Of a stretch of DNA of 64,000 nucleotides, positions 48,801 to 58,461 are shown piece after piece. The stretch spans positions 3,784 to 67,783 of the forward strand of contig JAFQIA010000005.1 in NCBI GenBank assembly GCA_017397725.1, given 5' to 3'. The stretch's first letter is position 1. Each line of letters begins with the position of its first letter. The stretch is from Clostridia bacterium (GTDB lineage Bacteria; Bacillota; Clostridia; Monoglobales; Monoglobaceae). The position numbers and the translations under genes are program-made. The notes under the pieces are model-generated. The model was not told where the DNA came from, searched no databases, and saw only the letters and a program-made list of their open reading frames with translations.

Positions 48801-49607
48801 GGATTTTTGAAAAAGCTGACCAATTCAAACTATGCGCAAAGTCCGTATCAGGATGGCATCTGCGATCTGGTTGCCGGAACACTCTATAACAATCTTAACG
48901 AGCTTCGGACTGCTATCAATAATTACACCCCGCCGGGCGGCGGCGGTGGCGGTGGAGGAGGCGGTGGCTTCGGCGGCGGTGGAGGTGCTGTCGGCGGCGG
49001 ACGCCCCATTGCCGGAGACGGTACACCTGCACAGGTGATCAGTCCCACGCCAACGCCGGTTCCCAAGAATGTTTATTCAGATGTGGATACCAATCATTGG
49101 GCAAATGAAGCAATTGCGTATTTGAAGGATAGAAATGTGATCAATGGTATGCCGGACGGCAGATTCCTCCCTGAAGGAAAGATTACCCGTGCCGAATTTG
49201 TCAAGATTATTTGTGAGGCATTTATGCTTGAAACCAAGGAGCGGGCAAGCTTTGCCGATGTGAAAACCGGAGATTGGTATACAGGATATGTAGAAATCGC
49301 CGGAGGTTTGCAGATTGTCAACGGCAGCGAGGGAATGTTCTTCCCGCAAAGGGAAATCACCCGTGAGGATGCGGCAGTCATTCTCTATCGTGTCATAGAA
49401 AACGCAGGACTTGAGCTGCAGGCCGAGGGTACGCCCTTTGCGGATGCGGCACATATTTCAGGCTATGCCAAAGAAGGCATCGGTGCACTCCGTGCCACCG
49501 GACTTATCAATGGTATGGAGGACGGCAATTTTTATCCCAAAAACAATATGACAAGAGCGGAATGTGCAAAAATGGTTTCTGACATATTGAGGAGGTATGG
49601 AATATGA
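45876..49607 (+). CDS. Secreted SLH-domain surface protein carrying one type-A module, further beta-domains, a helical region, a Gly-rich linker and three SLH repeats
   Basis: Signal peptide; module A at N-terminus; YSDV..NHWA, F.PEGKITRAEF, ITREDAA, MTRAECAK SLH motifs. Confidence 0.88.
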   Translation: MKNMLKRLFTLLLAVTMVVGTVGTLSVFAANEIVGDSNIYLPPTGKTMRVGYGISGTSEPVVWSLQSAVNGVSMMEDGGLLVSGNATAGATITIEAKAESGTLLAEKTVTIIAKPEQYGDLFDRYYEDFEVYANDSTIAMKATPQRSTLKYYGTNLLVGKETNGNTYAKSSGLCYWGGNAGFVFGESWNTEKQYMYGSKIATVDGRFMIENPSSTEQSLMWFENAGVRLGYKVSSSPEKADVYSHGTKVATVDINEWFDLRIEFDHVSATYDAYLNDVRILDDKTMNYNIYVGSTGGQRGYGFYIGASVDDLAMYNGRLMTPAFPELPEVVYLTDSRNEAVLDLDTTLLFGGYEIENAVTYTGVTQSDGKLILSKGSTANGVAIASAYAAEKQFTITTANGLDYDFSDSLHLPAGTGAISDGKLDITSGYAEFDLMDATGRVLITYDLYNQAGNVGLEIQTDSATKNISYAAADADGKSVIVVLDTIKDTYMVILGDAIMEEGTLTGQSLASIKVSGGMIDNFIFTSMCKTNPFVFNAVINGAAAVGQTVEADYRYVSPWNAERASETVQWWTSATQDGTYTTKVGEGASYTPNDTLVNQWVRFTVSASDGQMTSNLATSDPVQIADVYTVEFDGSNIKTEILNSLNVPHVFAITKFYVGNVLVKTKMNKVTFGSGSSEVLVTAKDGCDGAAVLLLYPETLKPVSAQKTIGTVPTEVASTDTTAATLSAEVKNGKLAISSNADDLASVVIYGHTSGDIFAEYSDVFDKAEVFAKTEDTTSLVFATNIALQANKKAEITLPQLARGAYYAEIVTRGGETLSYLWMEQPQDILKNSEMSQDGFFNVINLFSKKTNAEKQWIFDEYKKMSQTQKEATDKLIAAEGYDMQKLDTIVSLMAYLATPSLTGDAYTKFKAECLAKGYDVTKVELLPLDAEPATTVGVIYAAGWTDLDSFLTTVYEKSMLYGIYHVRNYQEADGFLKKLTNSNYAQSPYQDGICDLVAGTLYNNLNELRTAINNYTPPGGGGGGGGGGGFGGGGGAVGGGRPIAGDGTPAQVISPTPTPVPKNVYSDVDTNHWANEAIAYLKDRNVINGMPDGRFLPEGKITRAEFVKIICEAFMLETKERASFADVKTGDWYTGYVEIAGGLQIVNGSEGMFFPQREITREDAAVILYRVIENAGLELQAEGTPFADAAHISGYAKEGIGALRATGLINGMEDGNFYPKNNMTRAECAKMVSDILRRYGI

Positions 49608-52288
49608 GAAGAATCATCAGTTTGATTTTATGTATTGCAACAATTACCTTGACCATTATGACGGGACAAGCGCAAGAGGTTGGATTCAATAAGAATTTGG
49701 AATCTGAATCGGTACGGCTTTTGGAGGCTGTCGGGATTCTGGATGTGAACGATGAGTTTGTCCAGAATGAATCGGTAACCATTACCCGTGCTGAAATGGC
49801 AAGATTGCTTGTGTGTGCCATGGGCTATCGGGAAGAAGCAAACAAAATGACTGAGTTTGAAAGTCTTTACAAGGATGTCAAAGTAAAGACCAAATACGCA
49901 AACGAAATCATCCTTGCATCTAAATGGGGTCTGTTTGGTGAGGATTTGTCGGATTATTTCTATCCGGAAAATCCCGCAAAGACCGATTGGGCGTTCAAGG
50001 CAATGGCAAGACTGTTGGGATATTCTCAGCAGTTAAAAACGGATTCCTTGACGGTACATCGCCTTGACCTTGACAAAAACATCGAGATTGACCGGACCAA
50101 GAACCTCAGCCGTGTGGGCGCAATCCAGCTTTTGAAAAACGCCATTGAGGTTCCGGTGCTTCGTGTCACCGGTGTTACCAATGAGGGCGTTGTGTATGAA
50201 AAAAGCGATAACAGGACCATCCTTACCGAGTATTTTAAGATTGACAACCGGTTGGGCTGTTTGACCGCCGATGCGCATACTGCGGTAAAGGGTGCGCGTA
50301 CTGAGGTGGGCAAGATTGCCTTTGATGAAACCGTTTACTTTGTGGATGAGGCACTTTCCACCAACGATTTGGTGGGGATGCAGTGTAGATATTATTTCAA
50401 GAATACCGACAATCGCTCAGTAGTCATTTACATTGAAAAGCAGCCGGCAAAGGAAATGATTCTCTACTCCAAAAATATGGAGTATAACTATGACGAAAAT
50501 TGCTATTACCTCCACAAGGATGGAAGAAGTGAACGATTCCGGATGGATATTCATACCATGGTGTCCTACAACGGGGATCCCTATTTTGACCGGAATTTGA
50601 TGCATCCTCTGGCGGGTCATGTGGTTATGATTGACAACGATTTGGATGGCACTTATGAGGTGTGTAAAATTCGGGAATACAGAAATATCGCAGTCAAAAG
50701 CTGTGATGTGGAAGGAAAACGAATCTTCGACCTGACCGATGCAAGTCGCAATCTGGATCTGGAACCATATGACGAGGTTGTGATTTATTCTGAGAGTGGG
50801 GATGTGACGGATATCAGCGGAATCACCCCCAACAGCGTACTGACGGTGTATGAAAGCATCGACAGAAATCGTTTGGAGATTTATGTTACTGCAAGAAGCA
50901 TTGCCCGTAACCTGAACAAAATCAATAGCTCCAAGAATATCCTGACCATCGATGGTACCGACTATCGTATTTCAGCTGATTGTTTATTCAACTTGGCGGA
51001 TATGTCCGCAGGGAAGATGTACTATTTTTACATCAACTACTGGAACGAAGTGGTTTATGTAAGAGAAAATTCTGCTTACATTGCACTTTGGTATCTGGCG
51101 GCAACCCCAAATGATGGCGTATTCAATCAGACCTTCACCATCAAGGGAATGTCCGAAACCGGAGAGATCATGTATCTGGAACTTGCAGAACGCTTGATCT
51201 GGAACTCTTATGAGCTTGGCAGAGAGGGACTGAAGGCGACGGATGCATATCGGCGCTTGACCACCGGTACCCCCAATAAGAGAATGATTAAGGTTGGCTT
51301 GGATGAGTACGGAAAGATATCCGAGATTGTGGTTGCCTATGATGCACAAACCAGAGCTGATTTGATGGGGATGACCAAGGAACATCCGCTGATTCGGATG
51401 AGTTATATCGTCAATGAGTGGCCGGACTATGCTCTTTACAGAACCGATGCGACAACTGGCGCAAAATATGCATATTTCTATGGCGACCATTTCAATCAAT
51501 GGTTGTATTTTGATGCAGGTGCGGTAGAATTCCACGTTCCCACCGATACCACACAAACTCAGCATACGGATGAGGATATGTTTGTTCGGGGTTTCCGTTA
51601 CGGAAGCACCGACCAACGGGATATCAGTACCTTTGATGTCTATATGTCCAGCAAGGATGGCGTTGCAGCGGAGTATATTGTGAAGGATCTGGATGATCCC
51701 CGTGAGCAATATCTTTCTTCTGAGGGGTACTTTGCGGCACCTGCTATTGTCACAGGAATCGAAACCTGTCTGGACGAAGAAGGATATCAGGAAGTATGCA
51801 AGATTTCTATTATCGACCGCACCGGTTGGGCAGGAGAGTTGTATACGGTTTCCAAAGATGTCATCAATCGTCCGGCATTGGAGATGGCGGGTGCAGTACT
51901 TCCTGCCGGCAAAAGCAGTCTTGAAATCGGCGACTTGATTTCCTATGAAGCAAATCAAAAAGGAAAGATTGAACAGATACGATTGGTTTACGATGCCAAG
52001 AGTGAAACCGGAACCTATCCCCAAACTGCAATGAATGTAACCGTGGGCTGTAACTATGGGGATGTCATCAGAAGCAAAAACGGATATATGGAATATAACG
52101 CGAACGGCGGAGGCATTACATCGCCTGTTGTTCTCTCGGCAAATATCGGCAGATACCTGATTGAATACGATGAGGAAACAGAAAAAGCAAGAGCGATTAC
52201 TCCGGACAATGTATATGCCGGTGATCGCGTGGTTGTTCTTTCCCGTTATGCTTCGGTATATATGGTTGTGGTTTATAGAGCGGATTAA
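49604..52288 (+). CDS. S-layer-like protein with N-terminal degenerate SLH domains
   Basis: Signal peptide; LLEAVGIL...ITRAEMARLL, YKDV, FYPEN...AMARLLGY; beta-rich repeats; ATGA overlap with the upstream gene. Confidence 0.75.
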   Translation: MRRIISLILCIATITLTIMTGQAQEVGFNKNLESESVRLLEAVGILDVNDEFVQNESVTITRAEMARLLVCAMGYREEANKMTEFESLYKDVKVKTKYANEIILASKWGLFGEDLSDYFYPENPAKTDWAFKAMARLLGYSQQLKTDSLTVHRLDLDKNIEIDRTKNLSRVGAIQLLKNAIEVPVLRVTGVTNEGVVYEKSDNRTILTEYFKIDNRLGCLTADAHTAVKGARTEVGKIAFDETVYFVDEALSTNDLVGMQCRYYFKNTDNRSVVIYIEKQPAKEMILYSKNMEYNYDENCYYLHKDGRSERFRMDIHTMVSYNGDPYFDRNLMHPLAGHVVMIDNDLDGTYEVCKIREYRNIAVKSCDVEGKRIFDLTDASRNLDLEPYDEVVIYSESGDVTDISGITPNSVLTVYESIDRNRLEIYVTARSIARNLNKINSSKNILTIDGTDYRISADCLFNLADMSAGKMYYFYINYWNEVVYVRENSAYIALWYLAATPNDGVFNQTFTIKGMSETGEIMYLELAERLIWNSYELGREGLKATDAYRRLTTGTPNKRMIKVGLDEYGKISEIVVAYDAQTRADLMGMTKEHPLIRMSYIVNEWPDYALYRTDATTGAKYAYFYGDHFNQWLYFDAGAVEFHVPTDTTQTQHTDEDMFVRGFRYGSTDQRDISTFDVYMSSKDGVAAEYIVKDLDDPREQYLSSEGYFAAPAIVTGIETCLDEEGYQEVCKISIIDRTGWAGELYTVSKDVINRPALEMAGAVLPAGKSSLEIGDLISYEANQKGKIEQIRLVYDAKSETGTYPQTAMNVTVGCNYGDVIRSKNGYMEYNANGGGITSPVVLSANIGRYLIEYDEETEKARAITPDNVYAGDRVVVLSRYASVYMVVVYRAD

Positions 52289-52298
52289 GGAGGGTCTT

Positions 52299-55200
52299 AT
52301 GTATAAAAGAATTTTTAGCTTTTTGATTGCAGTTCTATTCACCGTTACCAGTATAGGTTCTCTGGGAATGGTATTTGCAGAAGGTGAAGATGGTCTTCTG
52401 GTCATAGATACCTCCAATACTGCGATGATTCGGGATGCAGGCGTTCCTGCAAGCTCGGTACATACCATGCGCAGACCTTACAGTATGCGATGGGCGGGCG
52501 CGGATTTATCCCGCGCCATCCGCCTTTCGGGAAAGACGGATTGGTCTCAAGGAAACTATCTGGAATTTTGGTTATATTCTGCGACCAAAACCAATATGGC
52601 GTTTGATGTTGCACTGATTTCCGAGAATGCGGCTACCGCAGGTGCGGACTATTATCGGGCAAATGTGAGCGTAGGTGCCAAAGGGTGGTCCTTGGTATCC
52701 ATTGCCTTTGAAGAATTTGCATCGGTCAATGCTCCTGTGGGATTTGAAAACATCGACGGGGTAGAGCTTTGGCCAACCACCGTAGATGAAGATGCAGAAC
52801 TTTACTTTGATGGGATGTATATCACCCAAGAGTCTGCAGAGGCAGAGGAGGGGGATACCGAGCTGGTTTTGTATGATTTGAGCTCGGCGGCGTCCATTTC
52901 CGAGGCATTGCTTGATAGCGGCTTGAAAAATATTTCGGTGGCAGCAGCACCCGGCAAGAGTGGTTCTGCAGCACTGAAATGGACCGACCAACCCAATGGT
53001 GCATGGCTGCGCTTTAAGAATCTTCCGGTTACGGATATGAATGCCTATAACACTATGGAAATCAGTCTGTATAGCGCAAAAAGTAGTGGGGATACTGTGC
53101 GTTTTGTCTGTGCATCGGATAACGATGCCACATCCGGCCGTGACTATTTTCATAGCAATTTAATGCTGGATTGGGAGGGCGAATGGCGCACCATTACCCT
53201 CAGAGTCGGCGATAGCGGTAATATGTCCAATGCCGGTGTAGTTTTGGGTTGGGACCAATTAACCGGTTTGGAATTTTGGTATAATGTGGATGACAAGTCC
53301 AAACCATCCGAGGTCTACATCGATAAAATTACTTTGAAAAATGTGGATTACAGCTATCTGTGGGAGTCGGAACAGTATGCAGATCCGGCACCCTTGACCG
53401 ATAATCATTATGACTTTGCAGCCAAAATCAATGCGCGTTTCCCCAATCACCAGCACCCCAGATTGGTTGCAACCCAGGAAGATATTGACTATATCAAACG
53501 GGAAAAGGACAATGATGATTATTTAAGACGGGCAATCCCCAAACTCTTAAGTACCTGTGACAGCTATGCGGAAATGGTGGATACGGCAGATGATACCATC
53601 ACTACCTCTACCAGAGCGGCAACGCTGGCACTTGGCTATGCCTTGACCGAGGACCCCAAATACGCAGATGCATTGTGGAAAAAAATGACTGTTTTGAGTA
53701 CCGAGTGTATCTCTTGGGAACCGGGCTCCACTTCTGCACTTTCCATCGGTGATACTGCCAGATATGTGGGAATCACCTATGATTTGATGTATAACTACTG
53801 GACAGAGGAGCAGAGAAGAATTGTCAGAAATGCCATTGTGCTCTATGGACTGGAACCGCTGCGTCCTACCGTGCTTTCCGGCAAGGGTCTTGCGGTGCAG
53901 GAGGATAACTGGACTGCAGTTATCTTCAGCGGCGTTGGAGTTGCGGCGCTTGCCATTGCGGATGCAGACGGCTATGCCGATACGGCAAATCAGTTCCTGA
54001 ACAGAGTTCCGAACTTTTTCCAGCATTGCTTTAAGCATTATGCTCCGGATGGCGCAGGGTTTGAGGGAACCAACTACTGGCACTATACCATGCTTGGCTA
54101 TCTCCCCTATGAGGCAGCAATGTGCCATTCTATCGGAGAAGAGGATTATGAAAGATTTACTCTGCTCAATCAGTATGGTCTTGACAAAACAGGGTATTTT
54201 ATGCTCAATATGGTAGGAGATACCATGGTGGATTTCAACTTCTATGACGGCCACGAGCATATGATTACCTCCACTGGTGACTTCTGGCTGGCGAGATATT
54301 TTGACAAGCCGGAATTTGGCGGTTATCTCTATGAAACAGGCAATGGAGAACCTTGGGCGGTATTGTTGTATAGACCTGATGAGAGATATGAAAGTTGGCG
54401 TGAGACGATGGACACCGACTATCACGCAGATGGCTCTACGCAGGTAGGCGCAATGCGTACCAGCTTTGTCGAAAAGAACGGTTTCTATGTGGGGTATAAG
54501 GGCGGAGAGAACGGCTCTGCATCCCACGGAAGAATGGATATCGGTAGCTTTGTGCTTGAGGCTATGGGACAACGATGGATTCGGATGATTGGTAGCGAGG
54601 ACTATAACGCACCGGAAATGTTTCAACATTTGAGATACAGCTACTACGGCAACCGTGCGGAGGGCGGAAATACTTTGGTCATTGACCCTGCGGTTGACCA
54701 ATCTCCGGATAACAATCTGGGGTATCCTGTGGACCAGACCCGGGATGGATACTGCCCGATTATCACCACCAAATCTTCACCCACCGCATCTTATGCCATT
54801 GTGGATATGACCGATGCTTATCGGGAAAGTGCGGATTCTATCCAAAGAGGATTCGGTTTGATTGCCGACAAAAATGCCTTTCTGGTACAGGACGAGATTA
54901 AGCTGAAAAAGGGTGCAGAGGTGTATTCCTTTATGCACACCCAAGCAGATGTGGAAGTATCTGCAGACGGCAAGAGTGCGATTATGAGTCAGGGTGGCAA
55001 GCAGATGAAGGCTACCTTGCTCTCCCCCAAAAACGCAAAGCTGAGCGTCATGGATGCAGTGCCGTTGCCCACCTCGCCTGAGGCACAGAATTTGAATCGA
55101 AATGTCTATAAAAAGCTGACGGTCAGAACCAGAATCGAAGATGCAGCCACCATTTCGGTATTGTTTACGCCTTACTACGGTGAGGGGAATTATGAATATA

Positions 55201-56432
55201 CCATAGATGGCGTGGTAAAGCTCAGCAACTGGGATTCTTTCCTGAATGACCCCGTACCGGTGAACGCCATTTATCTGGATGGTGTGTTGCTTGACGGATT
55301 TGAAACCGGAAAAACCATGTACTCGGTTCAGGAGGAACGATCTGGAACCATTACCGCTGAGGCTGATAGTGATGTGAAATTAAGCATTACTCAAGCAAAT
55401 AAGGTGGGTGAGTTTGCACTGATTGAGGCAACCGATAAAGATGGCAATACCACCATGTATACCATTTTCTTCTCGGATGAACCGCAAAAGGCATTGGATA
55501 ACTGGAATTCCTATCCACCCAAAGGGTTCATTTACAGTGCCAACAGAGGACAAATCGAAAATGTCTTAGACGGCGATTACAGTACCATGTGGGCAAATGA
55601 CGGACCGCAATATCTGGGTTTTGATTTAGGAAGCAGAAAACTGGTGCACGAGGTTCAGCTTTACTGGAATAACAATGAACGAAGATCCGAGAACTTTGAT
55701 ATTCAGGTTTCGGATGATGCGGAGAACTGGACCACCGTCTGGAAAGGCGACAGCGTGATGTCCAACAAGATGGAAGCGTATTCCTTTGAACCTGTGATGG
55801 CACGCTATGTCAAGGTTCACGGATACTATAACACCTCCAATGCATGGACAACGATTGTGGAAATGCGCGTGACCAGTTCGGATTCCTGCTTTGATGATTT
55901 GGATGGTTGCTGGGCGCAATCCTATATTGAGGATATGGCAAAAATTGGTCTGTTGGAGGGAACGGGAGAACGGGTATTCTCTCCGGAACAAACCCTCAGC
56001 CGTGCCGAGTTTTTGACCATGCTTTCCAGAACTTTCGAAATGGAAACCGCAGCATATAGCGGGACCATCACAGACATCGGGGAAAGTGATTGGTATACCC
56101 CCTATATCGAGGCGGCATACAAGAACCATTTGATTCCGGAGGCGATGCTACCAAACAATCGGTTTGAGCCGGAAAAGAATATCACCAGAGAAGAAATTTG
56201 TGCCCTTGCAGTTTCGTTCTATGAACACTTTGAAAAGCAGGCTGCACAAACCTCGATTGACCACTTTACAGACAGGGCAAAGATATCCGGATGGGCGACC
56301 TCGTATGTAGAAAAGTGTATGGCATTGCGTTTTGTCAACGGAGTGACCGAAACCCTGTTTGACCCGCTCAGTAATGCGACCAGAGCGCAGGCGGCTACCA
56401 TCATCAAACGGATTTATATCAAAACTTACTAA
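52299..56432 (+). CDS. Cell-anchored heparinase II/III-like protein with two CBM-like N-domains, F5/8C (CBM32-like) domain and three SLH repeats
   Basis: Start MYKRIF after AAGGAGG; core paralogous to 34365..38969; LDGDYSTMW, FDLGS, IQVSDD..NWTTV, ARYVKV; FSPEQTLSRAEF, ITREEI, ATRAQAA. Confidence 0.85.
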   Translation: MYKRIFSFLIAVLFTVTSIGSLGMVFAEGEDGLLVIDTSNTAMIRDAGVPASSVHTMRRPYSMRWAGADLSRAIRLSGKTDWSQGNYLEFWLYSATKTNMAFDVALISENAATAGADYYRANVSVGAKGWSLVSIAFEEFASVNAPVGFENIDGVELWPTTVDEDAELYFDGMYITQESAEAEEGDTELVLYDLSSAASISEALLDSGLKNISVAAAPGKSGSAALKWTDQPNGAWLRFKNLPVTDMNAYNTMEISLYSAKSSGDTVRFVCASDNDATSGRDYFHSNLMLDWEGEWRTITLRVGDSGNMSNAGVVLGWDQLTGLEFWYNVDDKSKPSEVYIDKITLKNVDYSYLWESEQYADPAPLTDNHYDFAAKINARFPNHQHPRLVATQEDIDYIKREKDNDDYLRRAIPKLLSTCDSYAEMVDTADDTITTSTRAATLALGYALTEDPKYADALWKKMTVLSTECISWEPGSTSALSIGDTARYVGITYDLMYNYWTEEQRRIVRNAIVLYGLEPLRPTVLSGKGLAVQEDNWTAVIFSGVGVAALAIADADGYADTANQFLNRVPNFFQHCFKHYAPDGAGFEGTNYWHYTMLGYLPYEAAMCHSIGEEDYERFTLLNQYGLDKTGYFMLNMVGDTMVDFNFYDGHEHMITSTGDFWLARYFDKPEFGGYLYETGNGEPWAVLLYRPDERYESWRETMDTDYHADGSTQVGAMRTSFVEKNGFYVGYKGGENGSASHGRMDIGSFVLEAMGQRWIRMIGSEDYNAPEMFQHLRYSYYGNRAEGGNTLVIDPAVDQSPDNNLGYPVDQTRDGYCPIITTKSSPTASYAIVDMTDAYRESADSIQRGFGLIADKNAFLVQDEIKLKKGAEVYSFMHTQADVEVSADGKSAIMSQGGKQMKATLLSPKNAKLSVMDAVPLPTSPEAQNLNRNVYKKLTVRTRIEDAATISVLFTPYYGEGNYEYTIDGVVKLSNWDSFLNDPVPVNAIYLDGVLLDGFETGKTMYSVQEERSGTITAEADSDVKLSITQANKVGEFALIEATDKDGNTTMYTIFFSDEPQKALDNWNSYPPKGFIYSANRGQIENVLDGDYSTMWANDGPQYLGFDLGSRKLVHEVQLYWNNNERRSENFDIQVSDDAENWTTVWKGDSVMSNKMEAYSFEPVMARYVKVHGYYNTSNAWTTIVEMRVTSSDSCFDDLDGCWAQSYIEDMAKIGLLEGTGERVFSPEQTLSRAEFLTMLSRTFEMETAAYSGTITDIGESDWYTPYIEAAYKNHLIPEAMLPNNRFEPEKNITREEICALAVSFYEHFEKQAAQTSIDHFTDRAKISGWATSYVEKCMALRFVNGVTETLFDPLSNATRAQAATIIKRIYIKTY

Positions 56433-56446
56433 AAGGAATGTTGACA

Positions 56447-57697
56447 ATGAAGAAAAATGAATTGGCAATCAACGGCGGAAAACCAGTCAGAGACAGCTGG
56501 TTATCTCTCCCTTATCCGGGAGCGCAGTTGTACGATGAACAGGAGGCACGCAAAGCGTTTGAGGCGTGTATGTCCAAATCACCGTTCCGTTATTATGGGA
56601 TTCACTATTTAGGAATGGTAGAAAAGTTTGAAAAAGATTTGGCGGCACGCATGCATGTGAAAAATGCATTGGCAGTTACCAGTGGAACGGCAGCGGTGGT
56701 AGTTGCCCTCAAGGCTGCCGGAATTGGACCGGGGGATAAAGTCATCGTTCCGTCCATTACCTTTGTTGCAACCGCCGGCGCAGTAATCTGCGCCGGTGCG
56801 GTGCCGGTTTTTGCAGATGTGGACGATACTATGCATATCGACCCCAAAAAGCTTGAGCATGTGGTGGACAAGTATACCAAGGCAATCATCACCGTTCCGC
56901 TTGCGGGTGCTCCCTGCCAGATTGATGAGATTATGGCGTTTGCAAAGGCACACAATCTCATGGTGATTGAGGATGTTGCCCAATCCATGGGTTCCGCTTA
57001 TCAAGGCAGAGCTATGGGGACATGGGGCGACCTTGGCACTTATTCTCTGCAGATGAACAAGATACTTACAACCGGTGAGGGCGGTGCGGTTGTTACCAAC
57101 AACGACGCACTTTATGAACGGGCGGTGCGCTATCACGATCAAGGGCAATTGAGAATGGATCCGTCACGTTCTGCGGATCCGGCACTCACCTTCCCGGGAC
57201 AGAACTACCGTATGAGTGAAATCACAGGAGCGGTAGCCAATGCACAGCTTGACCGACTGGACTTTATCATCAGCGGAATGAAAAAGACCAAAAAAATCCT
57301 TAAGGAAGAGTTGAAGGATATTCAGGGACTTACCTTCCGTCGTATTATTGACGAGGAGGGGGATGTTGGTGCGTCGCTGATTATGTACGCACCGGACAAC
57401 CAAAAGGCACTGGAGTTCATCAAAGCGATGAACGCGGAAAACATCGGTTTTTATCAGCTCTATGGTGGCAAGCCGGTCTATATGAATCCCCAAATCTTCA
57501 CCAAAAACACAGTCGAGGGCAAGGGGTTCCCTTATAATCAGTTTGACGAAGAGATTGTTTATACTGAGGATATGTGCCCTACCGCTTGCGACCTTGCCGC
57601 AAGAATGGTGATGCTCTCTCTTAGCCCTGTCTTTACCGAACAGGATATCGAGGACGTGATTCAGGCGGTGAAAAAGGTTTCATCGGCAATCTTTTAG
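56447..57697 (+). CDS. DegT/DnrJ/EryC1/StrS-family sugar aminotransferase
   Basis: LAINGG.PVR, SGTAA, TFVATA, IEDVAQ, YSLQMNK(PLP)..TTGEGG, NYRMSE. Confidence 0.92.
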   Translation: MKKNELAINGGKPVRDSWLSLPYPGAQLYDEQEARKAFEACMSKSPFRYYGIHYLGMVEKFEKDLAARMHVKNALAVTSGTAAVVVALKAAGIGPGDKVIVPSITFVATAGAVICAGAVPVFADVDDTMHIDPKKLEHVVDKYTKAIITVPLAGAPCQIDEIMAFAKAHNLMVIEDVAQSMGSAYQGRAMGTWGDLGTYSLQMNKILTTGEGGAVVTNNDALYERAVRYHDQGQLRMDPSRSADPALTFPGQNYRMSEITGAVANAQLDRLDFIISGMKKTKKILKEELKDIQGLTFRRIIDEEGDVGASLIMYAPDNQKALEFIKAMNAENIGFYQLYGGKPVYMNPQIFTKNTVEGKGFPYNQFDEEIVYTEDMCPTACDLAARMVMLSLSPVFTEQDIEDVIQAVKKVSSAIF

Positions 57698-57714
57698 CAA
57701 TAGAGGGTGATGGA

Positions 57715-58461
57715 ATGATAAACTTTATTGATGCCAATTGTATGGTGGGCAAAAGAATGCACAGTCTTGAAGGTGTTCCCCAGACCGCAGAGGAAATGCA
57801 GGCGGTGATGGACCGCTCAGGAATCAGCCATGCCATTGTCTACCATTGTATTGCATTGGAATCGGATATTGTGATGGGCAATGGGTGTCTGGATGAAGAA
57901 ATCGGGACCTCAAACCGTTTTATCAAGCAGTGGGTGGTGATGCCTTCCTTTTTTGAAGAATTTTATCAACCGGCACAGCTTTTGGAAAAAATGAAACAAA
58001 ACCATGTTTCCTCGGTGCGGATGATGCCGCATACGCATGGATATTCTACAAAGCCCTATTCTATTGGCAAGCTGATGGATGCGTTTGCAGAGTGTAACGT
58101 TCCGGTTTTTATTACGATGAATCAGTTGAGCTTTGATGACCTTTATGCTCTGGGAACCAATTATCCTGCGGTAAAATTCGTGATTTGCGAGCCTGGATAC
58201 CGGGGCGCAAGACAATATGCGCCGATTCTTGAAAACTGCAAAAATATCTATCTGGAAACCAGTAACTATTGCCATCATAATGGAATCAAGGATGTTTGTC
58301 GCACCTTTGGTGCGGAACGATTGATTTTTGGGTCGGGTATGCCCAACGGGTCGGCAACTGCCGCCACATCGATTGTTCGTTATTCTGATATCAGCGAAGA
58401 AGAAAAGATGGCGATTGCTTCCGGCAACATTCTTAAGCTTCTTGAGGAGGTTTCGTTATGA
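57715..58461 (+). CDS. Amidohydrolase_2-family protein (degenerate metal motif)
   Basis: IDANC (instead of D.H.H), IYLETS, FGAERLIFGSGMP, IASGNILKLL. Confidence 0.75.
   Translation: MINFIDANCMVGKRMHSLEGVPQTAEEMQAVMDRSGISHAIVYHCIALESDIVMGNGCLDEEIGTSNRFIKQWVVMPSFFEEFYQPAQLLEKMKQNHVSSVRMMPHTHGYSTKPYSIGKLMDAFAECNVPVFITMNQLSFDDLYALGTNYPAVKFVICEPGYRGARQYAPILENCKNIYLETSNYCHHNGIKDVCRTFGAERLIFGSGMPNGSATAATSIVRYSDISEEEKMAIASGNILKLLEEVSL

Noticed and set aside
48932-49000. GGN-rich tract as a phase-variable simple repeat
   Set aside because: Mixed GGC/GGT/GGA codons encode an in-frame Gly linker before the SLH domains; triplet slippage would not switch frame
39071-54701. Long antisense ORFs (39071..40534, 41477..43240, 50984..52468, 53547..54701)
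   Set aside because: Shadows of well-supported plus-strand genes; no recognisable motifs and unnatural composition
34365-56432. Classical cellulosome (cohesin/dockerin) or sortase-anchored proteins
   Set aside because: No duplicated GDxNxDGxxxxxD dockerin loops, recognisable cohesins or LPXTG+TM+basic tails
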